Of a stretch of 64,000 bases of DNA, positions 55,418 to 63,280 are shown piece after piece; position 1 is the stretch's first letter, and each line of letters opens with the position of its first letter. Source of the stretch: Alphaproteobacteria bacterium UBA828. Its GTDB lineage: Bacteria; Pseudomonadota; Alphaproteobacteria; UBA828. Location of the stretch: NCBI GenBank assembly GCA_002296185.1, contig DBHM01000013.1, positions 5,273 through 69,272 of the forward strand, written 5' to 3'. A program made the translations under genes and the position numbers. Below the pieces are notes generated by a model that did not search any database, was not told the DNA's origin, and worked only from the letters and a program-made list of their open reading frames with translations.

Positions 55418-56353
55418 CTAGGAAGTTAAAAGCATTATTATTATAGAAAGTGTAAACACAGAAAACCCTGTAGTCACTACTACTGCAGCAGACGATTCCT
55501 CAACGCTCACTTTGTAACGTTCTGATATCACAAATGCTGTAGCGCCAAGTGGAGTAGCTGCCATTAAAACAGCCATTGATCCCCACACTAAATCAAGTGG
55601 GAAAACCCATGTTACCAAAAACCAGACAATTACAGGAAAAAATAGCAGCTTTACTATACTCAACAAGGCTAAGCGTAATAACAAACGACTAATAGCAGCC
55701 TGAGAAACAAATAAACCAATAGCAAATAAAGCACAAGGCCCAGCTGCACCACCTAATATGTCAAGGAATTCTTCTATAAAAGATGGAATACTCACCTCTG
55801 ATAATGATAATAAAAATCCAATTAAAACAGATAATACAATTGGGTTGACTAAGAGAGTCTTGAGGGTACGAAAAGTAATACTTGCAAATCCTCGACCACT
55901 ATTTCTTGCAACTTCAATAAAAATTGCAGCCATTGGTATGATCAAAAATGCATTTATAGCAACACTAATACTTGCAGGAACAATTGCTATTTCTCCAAAT
56001 ATTGCTATGCCAAGGGGTATTCCTAAATAACCTGTATTTCCATATGTAGAATTTACGGCCCTTATTGTACCGATTTCAATATTATCCCGAAAAATAATCA
56101 CTGATACTATTGCCGAAATACCCCATACAATTACCATCCCTAAACTATATGCAGCAAAAAAATTTCCATTTAATATTTCAGTTATAGGAGAATTTCCAAT
56201 AGATAAAATTAGAAGCCCAGGTAATGCAAACATGTAAACAAAGCCGCTTAAAGCCTTAGTGCTTTCAGGTCCTAAAAATTTAAGTTTCCCCGCTAAAAAG
56301 CCACAACCTATTAAAGCAAAAATAGGAATAACTGTAGTAAATAGAATATCCAT
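55418..56353 (-). CDS. AEC (auxin efflux carrier) family transporter
   Basis: 311 aa, about 10 TM. The N-terminus MDILFTTVIPIFALIGCGFLAGK is typical of AEC permeases. Confidence 0.75.
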   Translation of the reverse strand: MDILFTTVIPIFALIGCGFLAGKLKFLGPESTKALSGFVYMFALPGLLILSIGNSPITEILNGNFFAAYSLGMVIVWGISAIVSVIIFRDNIEIGTIRAVNSTYGNTGYLGIPLGIAIFGEIAIVPASISVAINAFLIIPMAAIFIEVARNSGRGFASITFRTLKTLLVNPIVLSVLIGFLLSLSEVSIPSFIEEFLDILGGAAGPCALFAIGLFVSQAAISRLLLRLALLSIVKLLFFPVIVWFLVTWVFPLDLVWGSMAVLMAATPLGATAFVISERYKVSVEESSAAVVVTTGFSVFTLSIIIMLLTS

Positions 56354-56510
56354 AGTTAGCAGACCTTAAAAAGCTTAAATATAAAGACAAATAGATCTAT
56401 ATTATATGTGAAGTTATCGTGTTAAAACTAGTTGATATAAATTTGCTTCTTAAGAAGATATATCAGAATATTTTAATACCAAATAATAAAACTTGTTCTT
56501 AGGGTAAATA

Positions 56511-57908
56511 ATGATAGATGAATTAATTCAGCTAGACGCATGCACTGTGGCAGATGAACTCAAAGCAGGAAACCTAAGTCCCAAAGAGTTAGTTGATGCG
56601 TCTGAAAGAAGAATTAATCAAACAGATCATATAATAAACGCGATCCCGACAAAGTGTTTTGACCGAGCGCGGTCCTCACTTAAAAGTTTAGATAAATATA
56701 ATAACCCCCTGAATGGAATTCCAATTGTAATTAAAGACCTAATGCCTGTAAGTAATGTTCTCACTACTTACGGGTCAAAGATTTTTTCTGATAATATTCC
56801 GGATAAATCAGATTCATTAGTTAATAGAATTGAAAAATCTGGTGGAGTAATTATGGGAAAATCTAATACTCCAGAATTTGGTGCTGGAGCAAATACATTT
56901 AATGAAGTTTTCGGCGCTACATTAAATCCATGGGATATATCCAAAACATGCGGGGGATCCTCTGGTGGCTCCGCTGTCTCTATTGCAACCGGGCAAGTTT
57001 GGTTAGCTCATGGATCAGACCTTGGAGGTAGCCTAAGGACACCAGCTTCTTTCTGTGGAATTACTGGATTACGACCTAGCCCAGGTCGAGTACCTACTTC
57101 ATCATCTAATTTACCATTTTCATCATTATTTGTTGATGGTCCAATGGGGAGGAATGCAAAAGATGTTGCCTTATTCCTTGATGCAATGTGTGGATTTGAC
57201 ACTCATGATCCCCTTTCCTACCCAAAGCCTGAACACTCTTATCGTCAAGCCGCAGAAAGAGAAGAACTACCAAAACGTATTGCTTACAGCCCTAACCTCG
57301 GCTTTGCACCAGTAGATAAGGAAGTTTCAGATATATGCGAAAAAACCCTTAAGGTTTTGTCTAGCGGTGGCGCTAAAGTAGAACTTGCATCGCCAAATCT
57401 TCAAAAAGCGCGTGAATCTTTTCACACTTTGCGAGCAGCATATTTCGCAGCAGATAAATACAGCTTATTGGACCAATATCCTGATATTTTAAAACCTGAA
57501 TTAGTATGGAATATAAAAAAAGGACTTGAACTGACAGCAAAAGAAATTGGCAAGGCTGAAATTATACGTGCAAATATCTTCAGAAATTTTGTAGAATTTT
57601 TTGATACATATGATCTTCTTGTTTGTCCTACAGCGATAGTACCACCTTTTGATGTCAATATTCGTTACATAGAAAATGTAGGTGATGTATATTTCGACAA
57701 TTATGTTGACTGGATTGCAATTACTTTTGTTTTAAGCCTTAGTGCCTGCCCTATCGTTGCCACACCAGCAGGAATAACCAAAAATGGATTACCTGTAGGA
57801 TTGCAGATACTGGCACCACCTAAACGCGAGGATATTGCTTTGTCTGCTGCAGCATGGCTAGAATCTCAACTTCAATTAAATAAACTATTACCAATAGACC
57901 CAACATAA
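56511..57908 (+). CDS. Amidase-signature amidase, paralogue 2
   Basis: 465 aa. GIPIVIKDL and GGSSGGSAVSIATG signature. Confidence 0.85.
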   Translation: MIDELIQLDACTVADELKAGNLSPKELVDASERRINQTDHIINAIPTKCFDRARSSLKSLDKYNNPLNGIPIVIKDLMPVSNVLTTYGSKIFSDNIPDKSDSLVNRIEKSGGVIMGKSNTPEFGAGANTFNEVFGATLNPWDISKTCGGSSGGSAVSIATGQVWLAHGSDLGGSLRTPASFCGITGLRPSPGRVPTSSSNLPFSSLFVDGPMGRNAKDVALFLDAMCGFDTHDPLSYPKPEHSYRQAAEREELPKRIAYSPNLGFAPVDKEVSDICEKTLKVLSSGGAKVELASPNLQKARESFHTLRAAYFAADKYSLLDQYPDILKPELVWNIKKGLELTAKEIGKAEIIRANIFRNFVEFFDTYDLLVCPTAIVPPFDVNIRYIENVGDVYFDNYVDWIAITFVLSLSACPIVATPAGITKNGLPVGLQILAPPKREDIALSAAAWLESQLQLNKLLPIDPT

Positions 57909-57922
57909 AACAGGAAAAAGCA

Positions 57923-58684
57923 TTACCAAGATGACCAACCGCCATCAATTGTAATAGTAGCTCCATGAACAGAATTGGACTCTTCAGAAGCAAGGTATAC
58001 AGCGGCCCCTGTTAATTCATTTGGATCTATATGGCCAACTCCACTGGGAGTTTTAGAAGCTTGCATAATATCATAATCTGGGTCAGCCCTTAAACTAGCA
58101 TTCATTTCAGTTTTGATATTACCTGGGGCTATAGCGTTAACATTTATTCCAAATTGCGCCAGCTCCAGACACATAGCTTTAGTCATATTGCCCTGCCCAC
58201 CTTTCGATGCGCAGTATGCAGAAGAATTTTGGAAACCAAGATCTGCGGCAATAGACGTAATATTTATTATTTTTCCATAGCCTTTTTTCTTCATAGTAGG
58301 AACAACAGACTTTGACATAAAAAAACTTCCCTTTAAATTTACATCAATCTGCAAATTCCATTCATCTTCACTAGTTTCCTCAATAATTTTTGGAATAAAA
58401 ACTCCTGCATTGTTTACCAATATATCAACTTCACCTAATTGAAGATTAACCTTTTCTACAAGTTTTTTACATTCAATAGGATTACGAATATCTACCTTAA
58501 AAGGTGAAGCATTAAAACCATCAATCTCCAATTCTGAAGCGAGAGATTCTGCACGCTGAAAATTATTTAATCCCAGAATTCCTACTGCAGCACCTTCTTT
58601 TGCAAACGTTCTAGCTATAGACTCTCCTATACCACGTGAACTACCAGTTATAATAGCAACCCTTCCCTCCAATCGCATATCCAC
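57923..58684 (-). CDS. Short-chain dehydrogenase/reductase
   Basis: ITGSSRGIGES and YCASKGGQ (YxxxK). It lies 27 nt downstream of the CoxE-like gene. Confidence 0.85.
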   Translation of the reverse strand: MDMRLEGRVAIITGSSRGIGESIARTFAKEGAAVGILGLNNFQRAESLASELEIDGFNASPFKVDIRNPIECKKLVEKVNLQLGEVDILVNNAGVFIPKIIEETSEDEWNLQIDVNLKGSFFMSKSVVPTMKKKGYGKIINITSIAADLGFQNSSAYCASKGGQGNMTKAMCLELAQFGINVNAIAPGNIKTEMNASLRADPDYDIMQASKTPSGVGHIDPNELTGAAVYLASEESNSVHGATITIDGGWSSW

Positions 58685-58711
58685 CTCACAGTTTCTTTTA
58701 AAAAAAATTAA

Positions 58712-59932
58712 TTATTGGTTAATACCTCTACCTACAATCGAAACTTTCCCGCTTAAAACATTGCTGATATCAATGAGACTTTGCAAATTATGTGCAGGAC
58801 GGAAATCATCTACAAAAGGTAATATTGTCCTAATACCTCCTGCCTCAGGTTTAAAATCTTCATATCTTAATAGCGGGTTAAGCCAAATAAGTTTTTTACA
58901 TGACCTTTGTAATCTAGCAATCTCTTCTTTAAGAATATTTAGATCATCTCGATCAAGTCCGTCAGTAACTAACAATACAACTGCTCCTTGAGCCAAGACT
59001 CTTCTAGACCAGGTAAAGTTAAAAATTCTTAGACATTCACCTATTCTCGTTCCACCAGACCAATCATTTGCCGCTTCAGAGGTTAGGTCCAAAGCAACAT
59101 CAACATCGCGATAGTGTAAAAAACGAGTTATATTAGTAAGACGAGTTCCAAAAATAAAGCTAGAGACTCTATCCATATCATTTGTTATGGCATGAACAAA
59201 ATGCAAAAACATCCTTGAGTACTGATTCATAGAACCTGAAACATCACAAAGGACTACAATTGGTGGCGGCTTTTTAATATGTTTCTTTTTCTTCAGTGGT
59301 AAAAGTTCGCCACCAGGACGTAAATTTCCTCTCAAGGTTGCCCTAAAATCAACCATATGACCACTTTGATCTCCCCTATAACGTCTTGTAAATCTATGAC
59401 TTATAGGCATTTTTAAAGAAGTAATAGCTTTTTTAGCTAGATATATCTCTTCAGAACTCATGCTTTCAAAATCCATAGTCTTAATTGCCTCGTCAGGAGA
59501 ATATGACATAACGATTTTAGTATCATTAGGCACACCTTCTTTAGACTCCTGTTCTGAATCTAATTCCAAAGCATCTACAATTCTTTGAGAAAGGGAAGTT
59601 TCTTCGCTATTATTGTCAGGATTATTAATTAGTCCGTGCTCTGGAATATCTGCGATTAATTGCTCGATTAACTTAGGTTTTTGCCAGAATAAAGTGAACG
59701 CCTCATGGAAAATTTCATGTTGGTCTCTTTTATTTACAAAAACGCTATAGAGAGCCCAATAAAAATCTGTGTATCGTCTTGGACTAATGCTCATCACTGC
59801 AGAAATTGCATCTAGTATGACTGAAGGACCAATCTCAAGCCCCGATGAGCGTAAAGCCCTTCCAAAATGTAGTATATTATTTGCCATGCAACCCTCTAGC
59901 TTCAGGTCTGAATATTGGTGAGCTAAAATCAT
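58712..59932 (-). CDS. VWA-domain CoxE-like protein
   Basis: ILHFGRALRSSGL...FWQKP N-terminal region and VVLCDVSGSM (MIDAS DxSxS) of the CoxE family. The start is either 59932 (ATGA overlap with the upstream gene) or the ATG at 59887, behind AGAGGG. Confidence 0.75.
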   Translation of the reverse strand: MILAHQYSDLKLEGCMANNILHFGRALRSSGLEIGPSVILDAISAVMSISPRRYTDFYWALYSVFVNKRDQHEIFHEAFTLFWQKPKLIEQLIADIPEHGLINNPDNNSEETSLSQRIVDALELDSEQESKEGVPNDTKIVMSYSPDEAIKTMDFESMSSEEIYLAKKAITSLKMPISHRFTRRYRGDQSGHMVDFRATLRGNLRPGGELLPLKKKKHIKKPPPIVVLCDVSGSMNQYSRMFLHFVHAITNDMDRVSSFIFGTRLTNITRFLHYRDVDVALDLTSEAANDWSGGTRIGECLRIFNFTWSRRVLAQGAVVLLVTDGLDRDDLNILKEEIARLQRSCKKLIWLNPLLRYEDFKPEAGGIRTILPFVDDFRPAHNLQSLIDISNVLSGKVSIVGRGINQ

Positions 59933-60864
59933 CTAGTTAAATCCTCTAATTCGAGCTGAGCTCGCCTAAGAATTTCAGGAACTTGACTTTTTTCCGCTAT
60001 AGATAGTTCTTTTTTATAACGAAAGTATGCTTTAAAGGCATTACTAATTTTTTTTGGTTCGAGCTCAAAATTGTCAAGCTCTACGATTATTGATGCCCAC
60101 TTTTGCTCTTCTAAAGGTGGCATTTCTCCACCATCAAATTCTTTACGTAAACTGTGTATAAATTTTTTAATTCCATCTGATATAAGTTTATTTGCTTCGG
60201 GAATTCTATTAGAGAGAATTTCTTTTTCGTCATTTATTGATGGCCAATCAACATAATGATATACACACCTACGACGTAAAGCTGAATGCACTTCTCTAGT
60301 GTTATTAGATGTAACAATAACTAACGGTGGCTCAAGAGATTTAACAATACCATATTCAGGTATTGTAAATTGATATTCAGACAAAATTTCAAGAAGAATT
60401 GCCTCAAAGGCTGAGTCCGCTCTGTCGATTTCGTCAATCAAAAGTATTGGGGAGTTACCATTGCTACCCATTAAAGATTCTAAAAGAGGTCTCTTAATAA
60501 GGAATTTATCTGAAAACAAGTTATCTTCTAATAAATTAGAGTCTTTATGCGAAAATTCAGATAATTTTACCGCTAGTAGTTGGGCCGGATAATTCCAATC
60601 ATATATTGCTTCGTTAACCCCCAAACCCTCATAACATTGCAATTTTAATAAGTCACGTCCTAGCTGTTTTGAAAGACTTTTGGCAAGTTCTGTTTTCCCC
60701 ACACCAGATTTGCCCTCTAAAAGTAATGGCCTTTTAAGTTTCATTGAGAGAAGTAAAGAAGTTGCTAAACCCTTATTAGCAACATAACCTTCTTTACTAA
60801 GAAGATTGAGAACATCATCAACTGTTTCAGGAAAGTTACTATTTTTTTTTATAATTTTCTCCAA
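59929..60864 (-). CDS. MoxR-family AAA+ ATPase (CoxD-like)
   Basis: 311 aa. Walker A GKSGVGKTELAKSL, Walker B LLIDEIDRA, and the single AAA+ module size typical of MoxR. Confidence 0.8.
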   Translation of the reverse strand: MEKIIKKNSNFPETVDDVLNLLSKEGYVANKGLATSLLLSMKLKRPLLLEGKSGVGKTELAKSLSKQLGRDLLKLQCYEGLGVNEAIYDWNYPAQLLAVKLSEFSHKDSNLLEDNLFSDKFLIKRPLLESLMGSNGNSPILLIDEIDRADSAFEAILLEILSEYQFTIPEYGIVKSLEPPLVIVTSNNTREVHSALRRRCVYHYVDWPSINDEKEILSNRIPEANKLISDGIKKFIHSLRKEFDGGEMPPLEEQKWASIIVELDNFELEPKKISNAFKAYFRYKKELSIAEKSQVPEILRRAQLELEDLTR

Positions 60865-61055
60865 AAAACCTAATCTCCCGATATCCTAATAATATAAAGT
60901 TTCTTAATGGTGTCTATTTATCTTACTATAAAGTCAAAGAATTTTTCCTAAAGTATTTCGTACATATTTATATAATTAATTTAAAATATAAATTGATCAG
61001 GCTTTAGAGATAAAAACATATACTTAGAATATTTGTGAAAGGTATAAAAAGTAAC

Positions 61056-61607
61056 ATGAAACGGAATACTATAAAAATATATAAACACGAGGAACTCAAC
61101 TCACAACAGAATTCTATTTACAATACTATATTAAAAGGAAAACGTGGAGAAGTCCCTGATCTTTTTATGGCTCTAATGCATAACCCGAGTCTTGCAGAAA
61201 AAACTCAATCTCTTGGAACTGAACTAAGATACGAAACAAGCCTAGATCCCAGGTTAACAGAATTATCCATTTTACTTATAGCAGATTTTTTAAACTGCCC
61301 ATATGAATGGCACTACCATGAACCTGAAGCGCTTAAAGCTGGTGTTAAACAAAAAGATATAGAGTCAATTAAGCAAAAAAGTAGGCCTGACTTTGTTAAT
61401 AAAGAAGAAAAAACTATTTACAGTTTTACAAATGAAGCAATACAAAATAGATCTATTTGCGATGAAACATATAATCAAGCAGTCGAAATATTTGGTGAGC
61501 GCGGCGTAGTAGAACTAACATCCTTGATTGGTTACTATAGCATGCTTGCTCTCATACTAAATGAGCATAGGGTTCCGGTCCCTCAAAATGATGAAAATAA
61601 AAAATAA
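61056..61607 (+). CDS. Carboxymuconolactone decarboxylase (AhpD-like) family protein
   Basis: RLTELSILLIADFLNCPYEWHYHEPEALKAGV is typical of the CMD family. I prefer the ATG at 61056 over the GTG at 61035. Confidence 0.7.
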   Translation: MKRNTIKIYKHEELNSQQNSIYNTILKGKRGEVPDLFMALMHNPSLAEKTQSLGTELRYETSLDPRLTELSILLIADFLNCPYEWHYHEPEALKAGVKQKDIESIKQKSRPDFVNKEEKTIYSFTNEAIQNRSICDETYNQAVEIFGERGVVELTSLIGYYSMLALILNEHRVPVPQNDENKK

Positions 61608-61657
61608 AATAACCTTAATTTAAATAGTCTTAATATCTTTATACTCAGCACAAAAAA

Positions 61658-61684
61658 TGGGGCCTATCAAAGTGATAGACCCCA
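61658..61684 (-). terminator. Intrinsic terminator of the minus-strand binding-protein gene
   Basis: TGGGGCCTATCA-AAG-TGATAGACCCCA is a 12-bp stem with one mismatch. The A6 run at 61652-61657 gives the U-tract on the minus strand. Confidence 0.65.
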
Positions 61685-61707
61685 CAGTTCGATATATAAA
61701 TATATTT

Positions 61708-62922
61708 TTATTTAGCTACGTAATCATATTCTTTACCAAACAGAACCTTTAGTGGAACTGGCTCAGTAATTGTCCAACTACCTACGACAGCTGGTTTACC
61801 ATTTGTAGTTTCCACAATTAGATAAGGTGCACGATTTTGATGGTGCAACTCACTTGTGAAGGTCCTTGTTCCAACCAATACAGGCTCATCACGGAATGTC
61901 TCAAGGGCAGCTACAACTGCGTCCCCATCAAACGTTCCAGCTTTTTCAACTGCTTTAGCCCACATTTCAATAAGCACATATCCTGGATATACGTATTGGC
62001 TATCTGGAGCTTTACCAGTCAAAGCCTCAAACTTCTTATTGAAGTCTAATACTGCTTGTCTTGGATCGTCCCCATAAATAGAAGCCTGCTCTGGAACATA
62101 ATGACCAGAAAGATTAGGTACAGTTCCTAGCCAGTAATCACCAGTCATAGATGATCCACCGCCAATAGCACTATTGATTCCAGCAGCACGAATTTGCTTA
62201 ATTGCCATTGCACCACCAGGATTGTATGAGCAAATTTCGATTACATCTGGCTCCTTTGATAGAGCTTTGATGCGATCAACCTGAGTTTGAATACTTGGAT
62301 CTTCATTGAGGAACACATCGTGTCCTAGTATTTCGTATCCTAACCTTTTTGCCATCCAGTCAAATCCGTAACAAATACCTTTGTTATATTCAATGACTTC
62401 ATCAAGAAGGATATAAGCAGTTCTCCAACCCTTTTCTTTGTAACCCCACTCAGCAATAGCAGCACCTTGCACAGCAGCTAATACAGAACTTGAGAAAGAA
62501 TGCTTACCTACGCCTTGAATTCCAGCTAACACTGACTCAGCACAAAGGAAAATAGAAATCTTTCCTTCACGTTCAGCAGCAAGAGCTGCTGGTGCACCAA
62601 AATCATAGTCACAATCAACAGCTAAAGCTATTGCACCCTGACCAAGTAACTGAGCGCCGGATTTAGCACTTTCAGCACGGTCAGTTTTCGTATCAGAAAA
62701 TATAGGTACAATTTTCTTACCTAATAGACCGCCTTTAGAATTTATATCTTCAATGGCGATTAATGCCGCACTAGTTGATGGGCCACTATAGGCTTGCAAC
62801 CAACCAGTTTCTGCAGCAGCAAAACCAAATTTAACCTCATGATCGTCAGCTTTTACTGACTGTGTAGCGACTGCACCAAGAGCAATAATGCCAGCTGCAG
62901 CCATAGCTATATACTTCTTCAT
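61708..62922 (-). CDS. ABC transporter substrate-binding protein (type I PBP, branched-chain amino acid/amide/urea LivJ-like family)
   Basis: Start moved to the ATG at 62922, behind GGGAGG. Sec signal MKKYIAMAAAGIIALGAVATQSVKA-DD. KFGFAA...SGP...AALIAIEDIN is typical of Leu/Ile/Val-binding-protein-family receptors. Confidence 0.85.
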   Translation of the reverse strand: MKKYIAMAAAGIIALGAVATQSVKADDHEVKFGFAAAETGWLQAYSGPSTSAALIAIEDINSKGGLLGKKIVPIFSDTKTDRAESAKSGAQLLGQGAIALAVDCDYDFGAPAALAAEREGKISIFLCAESVLAGIQGVGKHSFSSSVLAAVQGAAIAEWGYKEKGWRTAYILLDEVIEYNKGICYGFDWMAKRLGYEILGHDVFLNEDPSIQTQVDRIKALSKEPDVIEICSYNPGGAMAIKQIRAAGINSAIGGGSSMTGDYWLGTVPNLSGHYVPEQASIYGDDPRQAVLDFNKKFEALTGKAPDSQYVYPGYVLIEMWAKAVEKAGTFDGDAVVAALETFRDEPVLVGTRTFTSELHHQNRAPYLIVETTNGKPAVVGSWTITEPVPLKVLFGKEYDYVAK

Positions 62923-63083
62923 TAATAAACCTCCCAAATGTATTAGGCTTTTTGACCTAAAATACACAAAAAAAGAATAATAGCGCCCTTAAAAGCGCCA
63001 ACAATTAAATTATGAACTCATATTTAAGCAGTGCTGTCTATGAAAAACTAGACTTATTAACAATAAATATGACAACTTTCACA

Positions 63084-63141
63084 TTAATTCACAAATTTAT
63101 AAGTTATTTTGATTTTAATTCACAAATTTATAGGCTATTTT
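63084..63141. repeat. Tandem direct repeat, 2 x 27 nt with 31-nt period, in divergent intergenic region
   Basis: TTAATTCACAAATTTATAAGTTATTTT (63084-63110) and TTAATTCACAAATTTATAGGCTATTTT (63115-63141). They differ at 2 positions. Confidence 0.8.
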
Positions 63142-63234
63142 AAACAATTTATTCCACAATTGCCGCATCCTTCTTGAAAGAAAATATTGTTCATTTTGTT
63201 AATCCAATACATAATTAAGATTATAAAGAAATAC

Positions 63235-63265
63235 GGTATCTCAAAAATGTAGAGATACCTTTTTT
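63235..63265 (+). terminator. Canonical intrinsic-terminator-like hairpin + T6 immediately upstream of the livG-like RBS (candidate attenuator or sRNA 3' end)
   Basis: GGTATCTC-9 nt-GAGATACC is followed directly by TTTTTT, then GGGAGGGG and the GTG at 63281. Confidence 0.5.
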
Positions 63266-63280
63266 GGGAGGGGACCCAGA

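Noticed and set aside
63012-63143. 43-codon plus-strand ORF (MNSYLSSAVYEKLDLL...) running through the tandem repeats, considered as a leader peptide for attenuation
   Set aside because: There is no Shine-Dalgarno sequence and no run of a single regulatory amino acid. It also ends about 90 nt before the terminator hairpin. Support is insufficient, so the idea is noted only in the leader finding.
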